Assembly (NCBI GenBank): GCA_046735235.1
Contig: JBKPSY010000039.1
Span: 1 to 53,933, forward strand
Origin: Acidobacteriota bacterium
GTDB lineage: Bacteria > Acidobacteriota > Vicinamibacteria > Vicinamibacterales > JAENWD01
Length of the DNA stretch: 53,933 bases
Direction of reading: 5' to 3'
The position numbers and the translations under genes are program-made. How positions within the stretch are numbered: position 1 is the stretch's first letter; each line of letters opens with the position of its first letter. Positions 28,059 through 40,796 of this stretch are shown here, one piece after another. The notes below the pieces were generated by a model. It was given only the letters and a program-made list of their open reading frames with translations, did no database searches and was not told the DNA's origin.

Positions 28059-29921
28059 CTAGAAGGTCAAACCAAAGCCGAACGGAAACAGCGGATCGTA
28101 GTTGGCGTCGCCGACGTTGATCGGAATCTGTGCCATCGACTTCGGCCAGCTCACGGGCAGCTTGCCCGTCGGCTTGTAGTCACCGAACAGCACGTCGCCG
28201 ATGCCCAGGCCCTCGGTGCCCGGCAGCCACGCCGCGATGAAGGCGTCGGCCTGCTCCAGCGCGCCGGTGATGATGAGCGGCCGCCCCGAGAAGAGCACGA
28301 CGACGACCGGAATGCCGGCCTTCTTCGCGTTGGCAATCGTCGTCATGTCGCTCTGGGCGAGCGCCAGATCGCGGCGGTCGCCCATCATCTCGGCATACGG
28401 CGTCTCGCCGACCACCACCACCGCGACGTCGGCGCCCTCGGCGCCCGTGCCGTCCGCCGAATAGGTGACTTTCGTCTGCGGCGCCGCCAGCTGCTGAATC
28501 GCGCCCAGCACCGTGGTGCCCGTGGTGACCGCGCCGCTCTGGCCCTGCCAGCGAATGGTCCAGCCGCCATTCTGGTTGCCGATGTCGTTGGCGCTGATGC
28601 CGGCCACGTGAATGCGTTTGGCGGTCCGCGCAATCGGCAGCGCGTTGTGCTCGTTCTTCAACAGCACCAGCGACTCCCGGACGGCCTGTCGCGCGACGGC
28701 TTTGTGCGCGGCGCCGCCGAAGTCGTTGAAGTAGGTCGGGTCGATCTTGAAGCTCTTGCCGGGCTGCATCAGGCCCATCGCGAACTTCACGCGCAGGATC
28801 CGCACCACGGCGTCGTCGATGCGCGACATCGGCACGCGGCCCTCCTTCACGAGCGACACGAGCCGGTGCATGAAGTCCATGTACCGCTCCGGCACCATCA
28901 CCATGTCCATGCCGGCGTTGATCGACTTCTCGATCTGCGCGGAGAAGTCGCCGGGCAGCGCGTCGAGCGCGTTGTAGTCCGAGATCAGGAATCCCTCGAA
29001 GCCGAGTTCTTTCTTCAGGACGTCAGTGAGGAGGTACTTGTGTCCCGACATCTTCTCGCCGTTCCAGCTGCTGTAGGACGGCATGATGGTCGCGACCCCC
29101 GCGCGGATCGCCGTGATGTAGCCCTGCATGTGGATCCGGCGCAGTTCGGCTTCGGACAGTTGCGTGTCGCCCTGGTCGTTCGGGTAGTGGCCGCCGGGCT
29201 GCGTCGAGTTCGGAATGCCCGTCCCGTAGACGGTGCCGCCGTCGGCGAGATAGTGCTTGGCGCAGGCGAGCACGCTGCCAGGCGCGGTGAGGGTGGTGCC
29301 CTGCAGCCCGCGGACCGCGGCCTCGCCGAGCTCGGCGACGACGGTCGGGTCCTCGCTGAAGCCCTCGTAGGCGCGTCCCCAGCGATCGTCGCGCGGCACC
29401 GTGACGCACGGCGAGAACACCCAGTTGATGCCGGTGGCACGGACTTCTTCCGCCGTGATGCGGCCGATCTTCTCGACGAGCTTCGCGTCGCGCGTGGCCC
29501 CCAGGCCGACGTTGTGCGGGAACATGACCGCGCCGATGACGTTGCTGTGCCCGTGGATCGCGTCGACGCCGTAGAGGAGTGGAATCTTGAGGCGCGCCTT
29601 CAGGGCGTGCGCCTGGTATTTCTCGTACATCGCGCCCCAGTCCTCGACCGTGTTGGTCTTCGGATCCGAGTCGCCGCCGCTCAGCACCGAGCCGAAGCCG
29701 TACCTCTCGACCTCGGTGGCGTCCTTGATGAAGAGCTGATCGGGCTGCGTCATCTGCGCGACCTTCTCCTCGAGCGTCATCCTTGCGAGGAGGGCCTTGG
29801 CCTGCGCATTGAACGCGAGGAGCTTGGCCTGCGCCGGCACCGGCGCGGTTCTGGGCGCGGCAACGACGCCCACGACGAGCGCCAGGGTCAGGCCGGCCAG
29901 GGTTCGAACTCGAACGGTCAT
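28059..29921 (-). CDS. glycoside hydrolase family 3 (beta-glucosidase / exo-glucanase type), secreted
   Basis: Signal peptide; GH3 N-domain ([20 protein letters not shown]) and C-domain. Confidence 0.9.
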   Translation of the reverse strand: MTVRVRTLAGLTLALVVGVVAAPRTAPVPAQAKLLAFNAQAKALLARMTLEEKVAQMTQPDQLFIKDATEVERYGFGSVLSGGDSDPKTNTVEDWGAMYEKYQAHALKARLKIPLLYGVDAIHGHSNVIGAVMFPHNVGLGATRDAKLVEKIGRITAEEVRATGINWVFSPCVTVPRDDRWGRAYEGFSEDPTVVAELGEAAVRGLQGTTLTAPGSVLACAKHYLADGGTVYGTGIPNSTQPGGHYPNDQGDTQLSEAELRRIHMQGYITAIRAGVATIMPSYSSWNGEKMSGHKYLLTDVLKKELGFEGFLISDYNALDALPGDFSAQIEKSINAGMDMVMVPERYMDFMHRLVSLVKEGRVPMSRIDDAVVRILRVKFAMGLMQPGKSFKIDPTYFNDFGGAAHKAVARQAVRESLVLLKNEHNALPIARTAKRIHVAGISANDIGNQNGGWTIRWQGQSGAVTTGTTVLGAIQQLAAPQTKVTYSADGTGAEGADVAVVVVGETPYAEMMGDRRDLALAQSDMTTIANAKKAGIPVVVVLFSGRPLIITGALEQADAFIAAWLPGTEGLGIGDVLFGDYKPTGKLPVSWPKSMAQIPINVGDANYDPLFPFGFGLTF

Positions 29922-29987
29922 GGGGGTCTCCGTAAGCGTGAAATGAGCCCGGTTATCTTACGCGGAAACCGATTACCGGCAGGGATT

Positions 29988-31358
29988 TCAGCGATTCGAC
30001 AATTCGAGAGACAGACGATCCGCCAGGGCGCGTGCGTTGGCGATCACATGGTTGATGCCGACGCCGCCGTAGCCATGGCCTGTCAGGTGGAGGCCCGGCA
30101 GTCGAGCGAGGGCCGCGTCGATGGCCGCGAGGCGGTCGAGATGACCGACGGTGTACTGCGGAATCCCCTCGTGGTGACGAATCACGTGCGTCATCTCCGG
30201 ATCGGCCAGCACGCCCATCGTCACGCGGAGATCGCGACGTACGAGCCCGATGGCCTCGTCGTCGCCGAGGCTCACGAAGCCTGGGTCGTGCGCGCCGCCG
30301 GCCATCACCCGGATGAGCGCTCGCCCCTCGTCAGCGCGGCCGGTATAAACGCTCGACTCCCAGAGCGCGCCGAGAATTCGTGGTCCCTGCCCGCGCGGCA
30401 CGAGAAAGCCGAAGCCGTCGAGCGGATGACCCAACGACTCGATCTCGAAGCCGAGCGCGATGACCGCAATCGGAGCACTCGGGATCTGGACGAGCGTCGC
30501 CGCGAGCGAGGGCTCGAGCGTCGCGATCAGGTTGGCGGCGGCGGCCGGCGAGGCGGCGAGGACGACGTGATCCGTATGAAGGAAGTCGCCGGCGTCGAGT
30601 GCGAGCGTCCATCCGGAGGATGTCTGCGACAGGCCGGCGACGCGAGTTCGTGTGCGAACTCGAGGGCCGAGCGCCGACGCGAGCGCGCGCGGCAGCGTCT
30701 CGATGCCGTTCCGGAACGACGTCAGCTTCCCGAGCGGCGAGCCGACCGGCGCGCCGGATGCCTTGACCTTGCGGCGCCGCGCGAGCAGCGCGCGGAACAG
30801 GCCGCCGTGGGCCTCCTCGAGCTCCCACATTCTGGGAAACGACGCCCGCAAGGAGAGCTGCCGGGCGTCGCCGGCGAAGATGCCCGACACCATCGGGTCG
30901 ACGAGGACGTCCGCGGCTTCCGCGCCGAGCCTGCGCGCCGCAAACGCGTGGATTGTCTCGTCCCCGTCGGGACGCCGTCCGGCGAACGGCTCGCACGCGA
31001 TCCTGAGCTTCGCGCCTGTCGAGAGGATGTCCGAGCGAAGGAACGCGCCGGGCGTTCCGGGCAACAGCCGGAGTCGCCCGTCACGGAAGACGAATCGTCG
31101 GCGCGCCTCGTCCCGACTCGGCAGGAGCTCGCCATTGAGATCGAGCTCTCGCACCAGCGCGAGCGTGTCCGGCGAGTTGTCCAGAAACCCGTTCGGGCCC
31201 GACTCGATCAGATAGCCGGCGTCGCGCGACGTACGGAGATATCCGCCGGCTCTGTCAGACGCTTCGAAGACGACGACGTCGTGACGGCTCGTCGTCAGGA
31301 GGCGATGCGCGCACGCGAGGCCCGCGAGACCGGCCCCGATGACTGCTACGCGGGCCAC
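29988..31358 (-). CDS. hemY: protoporphyrinogen oxidase (HemY type)
   Basis: GTG start, FAD Rossmann VAVIGAGLAGLACA, about 456 aa, last gene of the hem cluster. Confidence 0.85.
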   Translation of the reverse strand: MARVAVIGAGLAGLACAHRLLTTSRHDVVVFEASDRAGGYLRTSRDAGYLIESGPNGFLDNSPDTLALVRELDLNGELLPSRDEARRRFVFRDGRLRLLPGTPGAFLRSDILSTGAKLRIACEPFAGRRPDGDETIHAFAARRLGAEAADVLVDPMVSGIFAGDARQLSLRASFPRMWELEEAHGGLFRALLARRRKVKASGAPVGSPLGKLTSFRNGIETLPRALASALGPRVRTRTRVAGLSQTSSGWTLALDAGDFLHTDHVVLAASPAAAANLIATLEPSLAATLVQIPSAPIAVIALGFEIESLGHPLDGFGFLVPRGQGPRILGALWESSVYTGRADEGRALIRVMAGGAHDPGFVSLGDDEAIGLVRRDLRVTMGVLADPEMTHVIRHHEGIPQYTVGHLDRLAAIDAALARLPGLHLTGHGYGGVGINHVIANARALADRLSLELSNR

Positions 31359-31368
31359 GGCTCCACGA

Positions 31369-32816
31369 TCACACGGTGCGAGAGAAGACCGGCGTGGCGC
31401 CTTTGACCTTCTCGCGCAGATGCCGATCGAACACCATCGCGACGTTCCGCACGAAGAGTCGGCCGAGGTCGGTGACGTCGATGCGGCGCTGGCCGACCGT
31501 CACGAACCCGTCGGCCTCCGCGCCCGAGCGGAGCTCGTCGATCTCGCGCGCGAAGTAGGCGCCGAAGTCGATGCCCTGTCGTGCCTCGGTGGCGGCGATG
31601 TCGACGTGGAAGTTGCACATCAGGTTGGCGATCACGTCCCGGCGGACGCGATCGTCCGCGTCGAGCCGGTAGCCACGCTCGATGGGGAAGCGGCCCGCAT
31701 CGAGTGCCTCGTAGTAGGTCGACAGCTTCTTCACGTTTTGCGCGAACGCGCCGCTGACGTCCCCGATACCCGAGACGCCGCACGCCACCATGTCGGCGGC
31801 CGGCCGGGTGGTGTAGCCCATGAAGTTGCGATGCAGTGTGCCCGCCGCCGACGCGCGCGCCAGCTCGTCGTCCGGCAGCGCGAAGTGATCCATGCCGATT
31901 TGCCGGTAGCCGGCGGCCAGGAACCGCCCCATCGCCTCGGCGAAGAGCTCGACCTTCTGCTCGGCGGGCGGAAGATCCTTCGGGTCGATCTTCTTCTGAT
32001 TCCCGCGAATCCACGGCACATGCGCGTAGGAGTAGACCGCCACGCGGTCTGGTCGCATGCTGACGACACTGTCGACCGTGCGGGCGAAGGACGCACGCGT
32101 CTGAAACGGAAGGCCGTAGATCAGATCGAGGTTGATCGAGTGGAAGCCGAGCCGGCGGCCTTCATCGAACAGCGCCCGTGTCTCGGCCTCCGACTGCACC
32201 CGATTCACCGCCACCTGCACGTCGTGCGCGAAGTCCTGCACGCCGAACGAGAGCCGGTTGAACCCGAGTCGCGCGAGCAGCGCGAGCTGATCGAACGACG
32301 TCACGCGCGGGTCGACTTCGATCGCGACTTCCGCACCTGGCTGGACGTCGAAGTGGCGTTCGACCGTGGCCTGCAGTGCGGCAATCTCGTCGAGCGAAAG
32401 GTAGGTCGGCGTGCCGCCGCCCCAGTGGTACTGGACGACCTTCCGCCGCCCCGCGAGCGACCCGGCGAGCATCGCGATCTCGCGATGCAGGTAGTGGAGG
32501 TAGTGGGCCGCGACGTCACGCTTCTTGGTGATGATGACCGAGCAGCCGCAGAACGAGCAGCGTTCCTCGCAGAACGGCAGGTGCAGATAGAGCGACAGCG
32601 GTTCGTCGCTCGCCGCGGCGCGAGCCAGCTGCGCGCGATAGGCGGCCTCGTCGAAGGCGTTCGAGAACTCGACCGCCGTCGGGTACGACGTATAGCGTGG
32701 CCCCGGCCGGTCGTAGCGCCGGATGAGCGCGACGATTTCCTCGAATCGACCGGACTTCGGCCCTTCGTCGTCCCGTGGACGCCCGACGACGCGGAGCGGT
32801 GCCGGCGAGCCTGGCG

Positions 32817-32820
<4 letters not shown>
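31369..32820 (-). CDS. hemN: oxygen-independent coproporphyrinogen III oxidase
   Basis: GPRYTSYPTAVEF N-terminal motif and radical-SAM CEERCSFCGC. The ATG overlaps the hemE stop (ATGA). Confidence 0.9.
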
Positions 32821-33873
<1,053 letters not shown>

Positions 33874-33881
<8 letters not shown>

Positions 33882-35187
33882 GGGTCTCCTCGAGCGCACT
33901 CGCAATGGCGTCGACGGTCGCGGCGATGTCCACCGCCGTGTGCGCCGCCGAGATGAAGTTCGCCTCGAACTGCGACGGCGCCAGCGAGATGCCGCGCGAC
34001 AGCATCGCGTGGAAGAACCGGCCGTACCGCGCGCGATCGGCCGTGGCCGCGCTCGTCCAGTCGGTGACCTGGTGGCCGGTGAAGAAGAGCGTCCACATCG
34101 AGCCGACCCGGGCGAGCCGGCAGCGCTCGGCGGTGGTGTCGATGGCTTCGCCAACGCCGCGCTCGAGCGCCGCGCCAAGCGCCTCGAGACCCTCGTAGAA
34201 GCCGGGGTCCCGCGCGATGATCTCGAGCGTCGTTAGGCCTGCCGCCATCGCCACCGGATGCCCAGACATCGTCCCGGCCTGGTAGACGGGACCGGCGGGG
34301 GAGATCTGTTGCATCAAATCGCGGCGACCGCCGTAGGCGCCCACCGGCATGCCGCCGCCGATCACCTTGCCCAGCGTCGTGAGATCGGGCGTGATGCCGT
34401 ACCGCTCCTGCGCGCCACCGCGCGCGACCCGGAAGCCCGTCATCACCTCGTCGAAGATGAGCAGCGCGCCGTCCGCGGAACACAGGTCCCTCAGGTCCTG
34501 CAGGAACCCCCACGCTGGCTCGACGACGCCCATGTTGCCGACGACGGGCTCGACGATGACTGCCGCGACCTCAGCGGGATGCGACGCGAAGAGCTCGCGG
34601 ACCGAGCCAGCGTCGTTGAAGCGCGCCGTCAAGGTGTCGCGGGCCGTCGACGGCGTCACCCCCGGACTATCCGGTGTGCCGAACGTCGCGGCGCCGGAGC
34701 CGGCCTTGACGAGAAAGCTGTCGCCGTGCCCGTGATAGCAGCCTTCGAACTTGATGATCCGCGCGCGTCCGGTGACGGCTCGAGCGAGCCGAATGGCCGC
34801 CATCGTCGCCTCCGTGCCGGAGCTGACGAGGCGCACCATCTCGATTGACGGCACGAGACGCGTGATCGCCTCGGCCATGTCGACTTCGAGCGCCGTCGGC
34901 GCGCCGAACGCGAGACCGGAGGCGAGCTGCCGTTCGATCGCGGCGATCACGGCGGGCGGGCGATGCCCCAGGATCATCGGCCCCCAGGCTCCGACGTAGT
35001 CGATCAGCTCGTTGCCGTCTGCGTCCCAGACGCGCGAGCCCTGGGCCCGCGTGATGAATCGCGGCGTCCCGCCGACGGCGCGGTAGGCGCGCACAGGCGA
35101 GTTCACGCCGCCGGGAAGCACCTGCTCGGCGCGGGTGAACAGCGCCTGGCTCGCGGGAATCGTCTGATCTCCGGTCGTCGTCTTCAT
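33874..35187 (-). CDS. hemL: glutamate-1-semialdehyde 2,1-aminomutase
   Basis: GGVNSPVRAY, class III aminotransferase, 437 aa. Confidence 0.95.
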
Positions 35188-35203
35188 GCGATGCGGCCGC
35201 CGC

Positions 35204-36190
35204 TCATGCGAGCAGGCGCGCCGCCTCCTTCGCGAAATACGTGAGGATGATGTCGGCGCCCGCGCGGCGGATCCCGGTCAGCATTTCTATCATCGCGCGC
35301 GGCTCGTCGATCCACCCAAGCCGGCCTGCGGCCTTCACCATCGAGTACTCGCCCGAGACGTTGTAGGCGGCCACCGGCACGTCGAACCGCTCCTTCACTC
35401 GCCAGATGACGTCCAGGTAGGCGAGCGCCGGCTTCACCATGACGACGTCGGCGCCCTCCTCGAGGTCGGCGGCCACTTCCTTGAGCGCCTCGCGCGCGTT
35501 GGCCGGGTCCATCTGATAGCTGCGGCGATCGCCGAAGGACGGCGCGGACCCGGCGGCTTCACGGAACGGTCCATAGAACGCCGACGCGTACTTCGCCGCA
35601 TACGACACGATCGTGACGTCTTCACGTCCAACACCGTCGAGCGCCGCCCGCACGGCGCCGACGCGGCCGTCCATCATGTCCGACGGCGCGACGACGTCTG
35701 CACCAGCCTTCGCGTAGGCCAGCGCCGCGGCAGCCAGCCTCGGCAGCGCTTTGTCGTTGCTGATCTCAGGCTGCCCGTCGTGGCCCGTCACGATCGGGCC
35801 GCAGTGCCCGTGATCGGTGTACTCGCAGAGGCACACGTCCGCCCACCGCGAGATCGACGGGAGCTCGCGCGCCAGGGCGGCCAGCGCATGCGGCACTGGT
35901 CCCTCGGGATCGGCGGCGGCCGTGCCGTCGGTGTCCTTGTGATTGGGGATGCCGAAGAGGATGACGGCCGGAACGCCGAGGGCGGCCAGCTCGCGCGCTT
36001 CGGCGACGATCAGGTCTGGGCTCAGCTGAAAGCAGCCCGGCATCGCAGCGATTTCGCGACGGACGTTCTCGCCGGTGCACACGAACAGCGGCGCGACGAG
36101 TTGCTCTGGCGAAAGTCGAGTTTCGCGCACGAGCCGGCGAATCGCGTCCGTGCGCCTCAGGCGGCGGTGACGCTGGCCTGGGAAGCTCAC
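35204..36190 (-). CDS. hemB: porphobilinogen synthase (Zn-type Cys-rich site)
   Basis: DVCLCEYTDHGHCG and VMVKPALAYLD motifs. GTG 36190 is preceded by GGAGAAA and overlaps the hemD stop (GTGA). Confidence 0.92.
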   Translation of the reverse strand: MSFPGQRHRRLRRTDAIRRLVRETRLSPEQLVAPLFVCTGENVRREIAAMPGCFQLSPDLIVAEARELAALGVPAVILFGIPNHKDTDGTAAADPEGPVPHALAALARELPSISRWADVCLCEYTDHGHCGPIVTGHDGQPEISNDKALPRLAAAALAYAKAGADVVAPSDMMDGRVGAVRAALDGVGREDVTIVSYAAKYASAFYGPFREAAGSAPSFGDRRSYQMDPANAREALKEVAADLEEGADVVMVKPALAYLDVIWRVKERFDVPVAAYNVSGEYSMVKAAGRLGWIDEPRAMIEMLTGIRRAGADIILTYFAKEAARLLA

Positions 36191-36978
36191 GCGCGTTTCT
36201 CCGATCGCAGGAGCCGTGCGGCAATTGCCGTCGCCAGGGCGGATGCCGAAGGCGCCGACGCCTCGACCTGCGGTGGGGCGCCCAGCGCGGCGAGCGCGGC
36301 GGTAGTCGTCGGCCCGATCGACGCGACGAGGACGTTCTCCATGAGCGGACCGAGGCTGTCGAGCCCCAGCGTCCGCGCGAGATGCTCCGCGCTCGACGGC
36401 GAGCAGAACACAATCGCGTCGAGGTGCCCGGAGCGGATCTCCGCCACGAGCGACGCCAACGACGAGGCCGGCACCGGCTGCGTGCGATAGGCAATGGGCG
36501 CGACCACGACGGCGCCCGCCCGCGCGAGCGCGAGGGCCAGCGTGCGGCGCGCGATGTCGGCACGCGGCCAGAGGACGCGCGTCCCTGAGAGGGTGCCGGT
36601 CCGCTCGATGAGCGCGGACGCCAGCGACGACGCGCCGGACTCGTCCGGCACGCAGTCGGCGACGTGCCCGAATTCCGCGAGTCGGGCGGCCGTCGCGCGT
36701 CCGACGGCGGCGAGGCGCGGAATCGCGCCGACGTCTACGGCGCGACGCCACTCGACATGGTCGCAGCATGCGTCGACCGCGTGCGCGCTCGTGAAGACCA
36801 CCCAGTCCATCCGGTCGAGCGAAGCGAGCGCCTGCGACAGCTCGTCGAGATTCTCCGGTGGCGCGATGTGCACCGTCGGTGCGCGCCACGACTCGAGACC
36901 CACGGACTCGAGCGCGGCCGCCAATGGACCGCCGGCCGGTTCGTCCCGCGTGTTCGCGACGCGTGGCCGGGGGCTCAC
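36187..36978 (-). CDS. hemD: uroporphyrinogen-III synthase
   Basis: 263 aa between hemC and hemB. HEM4-like sequence (VVFTSAHAV ... IVFCSPSSA). GTG 36978 overlaps the hemC stop. Confidence 0.8.
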   Translation of the reverse strand: MSPRPRVANTRDEPAGGPLAAALESVGLESWRAPTVHIAPPENLDELSQALASLDRMDWVVFTSAHAVDACCDHVEWRRAVDVGAIPRLAAVGRATAARLAEFGHVADCVPDESGASSLASALIERTGTLSGTRVLWPRADIARRTLALALARAGAVVVAPIAYRTQPVPASSLASLVAEIRSGHLDAIVFCSPSSAEHLARTLGLDSLGPLMENVLVASIGPTTTAALAALGAPPQVEASAPSASALATAIAARLLRSEKRA

Positions 36979-37958
36979 GACACGTCTCCGTTCGGCCTCG
37001 ACGCCGGCAGAGCGCCCTGGCGGATGACCGCCAGAATCTCCCGCGCGCCGGCATCGAGCATGTCGCGCGCCAGCGCCTCGCCAAGTGCGCCCGCGTCGTC
37101 CAGGCCCGTGACGACGGCGCGCGCGTCGCGACGGATCGTCGAGCGACCGTCGAGGCTGGCGACGAGCCCGATGAGATGAAGCTCGTTGGCGGGACCGCGA
37201 CGCGCGAGCGCGCCGACCGGCACCTGGCACCCGCCCTCCAGGAACCCAAGCAGCCCGCGCTCGGCGGTCGTTTCAATCGCCGAGGTCTCGTCGTTCAGCG
37301 GAGCCAGCAGCGACGCCAGGGCCTCGTCGTTCGCGCGTATCTGGACGGCGACGGCGCCCTGACCGGGCGCGGGAATCAGGCGATCGGCCTCGAAGATCTC
37401 GGCAACCTCGGATTCGAGATTCAGGCGTCGCAGTCCCGCGAGCGCCAGGACCGCGGCGTCGATGTCGCGGGAGCGCACCTTCTCGACCCGGGTCGGCACG
37501 TTGCCGCGCAGGTCGACGATCCGCAGGTCTGGCCTGAGCGCCGCGATCTGCGCTTGCCGCCGCAAAGACGACGTGCCGATCCGCGCGCCGTTCGGGAGCG
37601 TAGCCAGGCGAACGCCCGCCGGCGCGACGAGCGCGTCGCGCGAGTCCTCGCGGGCGAGGATCGCGCCCAGGCGCAGGCCGGGAGGTGGCTCCGTCGGCAG
37701 GTCCTTCAGGCTGTGCACGGCGAGATCGATCGTGCCGGCGCGAAGGCCGTCCTCGAGGTCTCTGGTGAAGAGGCCCTTGTCGCCGATGCGGGACAGCGGA
37801 CGACTCGTCTCCCGGTCGCCGAGCGTCGACATCGTCACAGGCTCGACCACCAGGCCCGGCCACGCGCGCACGAGGCGCTCGATGACGTGATCGGTCTGCC
37901 AGAGCGCGAGCCGGCTCGAGCGCGTGCCGACGCGCAAGCGGCGTTCAGGCAACGACAT
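36975..37958 (-). CDS. hemC: hydroxymethylbilane synthase
   Basis: RVGTRSSRLALWQ and AVHSLKDLP motifs. ATG 37958 overlaps the hemA 3' end by 14 nt. Confidence 0.93.
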   Translation of the reverse strand: MSLPERRLRVGTRSSRLALWQTDHVIERLVRAWPGLVVEPVTMSTLGDRETSRPLSRIGDKGLFTRDLEDGLRAGTIDLAVHSLKDLPTEPPPGLRLGAILAREDSRDALVAPAGVRLATLPNGARIGTSSLRRQAQIAALRPDLRIVDLRGNVPTRVEKVRSRDIDAAVLALAGLRRLNLESEVAEIFEADRLIPAPGQGAVAVQIRANDEALASLLAPLNDETSAIETTAERGLLGFLEGGCQVPVGALARRGPANELHLIGLVASLDGRSTIRRDARAVVTGLDDAGALGEALARDMLDAGAREILAVIRQGALPASRPNGDVS

Positions 37959-39015
37959 GGCCCGGCTGCGGCAGCGGGGCGGGCATCTGCGTGCGCGCCA
38001 CGCGGGCGCGGCCCCAGGCGTCGAACCGTGCGGCTTCATCGGCGATCACGTGCTCGACGCGAGGCACTTCGCCGGCGCGCATCGCGAGATTGCGGTCGAC
38101 GACGCCCTGGATGTCGTCGATCGTGTGAAGCACGACGCCAGGAATGACGGAGACGTCTGCGTCGACGTCGCGGGGGACGGCGACGTCGACGACCACCATC
38201 TTCCGGTCTGCGCGGCCGGACATCGCGCACCGGACGGCCTCCGTCGTGACGATCGCGTGCGGCGCCGACGTCGCGCTGAAGACCAGGTCAGCCGACGCCA
38301 GCGCGTTCGGCAGGTCGTCCAGTCCGATGGCCGACGCGCCGATCTGGTCGGCCAGCGTTCTGGCGCGATCCAGCGTCCGGTTGGCAACCGTCACGCGCGG
38401 CGAGTAGTGGGTGACGTGCGTCGCGGCGATGCGGCTGGTCTCGCCGACGCCGATGACGAGGACCGAGCGCTCGTCGAGGCGGTCGATGTGCCGCCGCGCC
38501 AGCTCACAGGCCGCAGAGGCGACCGAAACCACGCCGACGCCGATCGCCGTCTCCGCACGCGCGCGCTTGCCGGTCCTGAGCGCCGACTCGAACAGACGAT
38601 CCAGCCAGGGCCCCGTCGCGCCGGCGCTGCGCGCCTGGGCGTGCGCGTCCTTCACCTGACTCAGAATCTGCGGCTCGCCGACGATCATCGACTCGAGACC
38701 CGAGGCGACGCGGAACAGGTGCGTCACCGCCGACGCATCCGTGCGCTCGTAGAGCGAAGACGCCGGCGCGAGCAGGTCCAGGCCCCTGGTGGCTTCCACG
38801 ACGCCGCGCAATGCCCGCCGTGCCGCGGCGGCGTCGTCGGCGGCCAGGTAGAACTCGGTGCGATTGCACGTTGACAGGATGACCGACTCCCGAATCTCGG
38901 GGCAGGCCGTCGCGCGCTCGAGCACCGCGCGCGCCTCGACTTCACCGAGCGCGAGCGCCTCGCGTTCGGCCAGCGGCGCCGTGTGATGGTCCATGCCTAC
39001 CAGCAGGAGGTGCAT
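37945..39015 (-). CDS. hemA: glutamyl-tRNA reductase
   Basis: LSTCNRTEFY catalytic-Cys motif and an NADPH Rossmann region, 356 aa. Confidence 0.93.
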   Translation of the reverse strand: MHLLLVGMDHHTAPLAEREALALGEVEARAVLERATACPEIRESVILSTCNRTEFYLAADDAAAARRALRGVVEATRGLDLLAPASSLYERTDASAVTHLFRVASGLESMIVGEPQILSQVKDAHAQARSAGATGPWLDRLFESALRTGKRARAETAIGVGVVSVASAACELARRHIDRLDERSVLVIGVGETSRIAATHVTHYSPRVTVANRTLDRARTLADQIGASAIGLDDLPNALASADLVFSATSAPHAIVTTEAVRCAMSGRADRKMVVVDVAVPRDVDADVSVIPGVVLHTIDDIQGVVDRNLAMRAGEVPRVEHVIADEAARFDAWGRARVARTQMPAPLPQPGHVVA

Positions 39016-39145
39016 CCGATGCCTCCGGGGCCGGCCCTGTGGCCGGATCCGCGGCGGCCACGCGACACGAAGTGCGCGTTGAGCCGCCGATGTCTACTGT
39101 TCTACGGGGTACGCCGCGACCAACGGGCTGTCGGCGGCGCGAACG

Positions 39146-39733
39146 TCAGACGAACCGGAAGGGCGGAGCGCGCGCGGCCGCTGGCGGTCGCCATCCAGAG
39201 GCGGTCCGGCCAGCGTCGCCCGGCTCCATCGTACAGAGGCAAGCCAGCGCCGGACGCCGCACGCGGTTGGCCGCGAAGGTGGCGACGAGCAGGCCGAGGC
39301 CGACGAGCGCGGCCGCGGCGGTCGAGGGGACTACGAAGATCAGATCGGAGGTCGAGGGCTGGCCGTCATCCGCGACCGCAATCGCTGGCTTCGCGCTCCA
39401 GTGCAAGAAGACGACGAGCAGCCAGACCACCAGCGCGCGACGGCCTGCCACAAGCGACACGCCGCGGCGTCGAAGCGCGACCAGACCAGCCGTCAGCGCA
39501 ATGGCCCCGAGCCAGCGCGCGGCCACTACGGGATCGAGGAGTTGACCGTCGGCCAGGCGATCCCAGAGAAGCGAGACGTGGAATGCGGCTAACGCGGCGA
39601 GCGCCAGCGCTCCGGCCCCCCGCAGGACGCACCACCCGGCGCGCGAGAGCCCGCTGCCGCTGCGGAAAAATCCCGCAACGTTCCGCCCGAGAGCGGAAGC
39701 GGTCTCTGCCTGCCTGGCCATTTCGCTCAACAT
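39146..39733 (-). CDS. hypothetical membrane protein upstream of hemA
   Basis: Good GC3 bias and about four hydrophobic helices. I do not recognise the family. Confidence 0.45.
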   Translation of the reverse strand: MLSEMARQAETASALGRNVAGFFRSGSGLSRAGWCVLRGAGALALAALAAFHVSLLWDRLADGQLLDPVVAARWLGAIALTAGLVALRRRGVSLVAGRRALVVWLLVVFLHWSAKPAIAVADDGQPSTSDLIFVVPSTAAAALVGLGLLVATFAANRVRRPALACLCTMEPGDAGRTASGWRPPAAARAPPFRFV

Positions 39734-39888
39734 ACCGTGTGCCCCGGCTGGGGTGCAAGCGGAGTTCCACCGAGTTTCGTCTGATTTTCACCCCAAGGTC
39801 AGCAGGCGACGCGGAGGGATAATTGCATCGCGAACGGGCGAATATGGCCGTTTTGGCCCAGACGGTCACCTTGCGGGGCGCCGAGGCG

Positions 39889-39938
39889 TCTCGAATCCGG
39901 CGGTCGAACTCCGGAGTCCGGTTTCGGACTCCGTAAAC
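39889..39938. repeat. heptamer-periodic array with a perfect hairpin GGAGTCCG-GTTT-CGGACTCC (39913-39932)
   Basis: CTCGAAT CCGGCGG TCGAACT CCGGAGT CCGGTTT CGGACTC CGTAAAC, ending 12 nt before the ypfJ-like ATG. Confidence 0.6.
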
Positions 39939-39950
39939 GCGGAGCAGACG

Positions 39951-40796
39951 ATGAAGTGGACACCCGGCAGCGTCAGCGAGGACGTCGAGGATCGGCGCGG
40001 AGGAGGCGGTGGCTTCCGGGGCGGCCCCGTCAGCATCGGCGTCGTCCTCGTGCTCCTGGTCCTGAGCCTGCTCACCGGCAAGAACTTCCTGTCGCTGGTT
40101 GATTCCGGAGCGGTACCGGGCGGCGACACGAGCGCCGACCAGTCGGGCGCCCCGATCCAGAGCTCGCCGGAGGAGGAGAAGCAGGTTCAGTTCGTCTCGT
40201 TCGTGCTGGACGACGCGCAGCGCACGTGGCAGCAGATCCTCCCCGGGTACCAAAAGGCGAAATTGGTCCTCTTCCGGGATGCGACGCCAACGGCCTGCGG
40301 CATGGGTGAGACGGCGAGCGGCCCGTTCTACTGTCCCGGCGACGAAAAGGTGTATCTCGATCTGGGCTTCTTCGACGAGTTGCGCACGCGGTTCGGCGCG
40401 TCTGGCGACTTCGCGGACGCGTACGTCATCACGCACGAGATCGGACACCACGTTCAGCGGCTGCGAGGCATCGAAGGCCAGGTGCGGCAGTTGCAGGAGT
40501 CGCGTCCAGGTCAGGCGAAGGCGTTGTCAGTGCGTCTGGAACTGCAGGCGGACTGTTACGCGGGCATCTGGGGCCATTCGACCGCGCAGCGCAACATCCT
40601 CGAGCAGGGCGACGTCGAGAGCGCGCTGAATGCGGCGGCCTCGATCGGCGACGATCGGATTCAGCGGATGTCCGGCCGCGGGGTGCACCCGGAGTCGTTC
40701 ACGCACGGGTCGTCCCAGGAACGCGTCACGTGGTTCAAGCGCGGGCTGGATAGCGGCGATCTGAACGCGTGCGATACGTTCGGGGGAGGCACGTAG
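39951..40796 (+). CDS. YpfJ-family neutral zinc metallopeptidase
   Basis: MKWTPGSVSEDVEDRRG N-terminus, a TM helix, and the HEIGHH motif. ATG 39951 is preceded by GGAG. Confidence 0.85.
   Translation: MKWTPGSVSEDVEDRRGGGGGFRGGPVSIGVVLVLLVLSLLTGKNFLSLVDSGAVPGGDTSADQSGAPIQSSPEEEKQVQFVSFVLDDAQRTWQQILPGYQKAKLVLFRDATPTACGMGETASGPFYCPGDEKVYLDLGFFDELRTRFGASGDFADAYVITHEIGHHVQRLRGIEGQVRQLQESRPGQAKALSVRLELQADCYAGIWGHSTAQRNILEQGDVESALNAAASIGDDRIQRMSGRGVHPESFTHGSSQERVTWFKRGLDSGDLNACDTFGGGT

Noticed and set aside
35204-37276. 690-aa ORF fusing hemB with upstream sequence (likewise 36187..37230, 32817..34178, 36975..38039)
   Set aside because: The conserved Hem proteins begin at internal GTG/ATG codons that overlap the preceding gene's stop. 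The N-terminal extensions overlap neighbouring hem genes in other frames and are Arg-rich.
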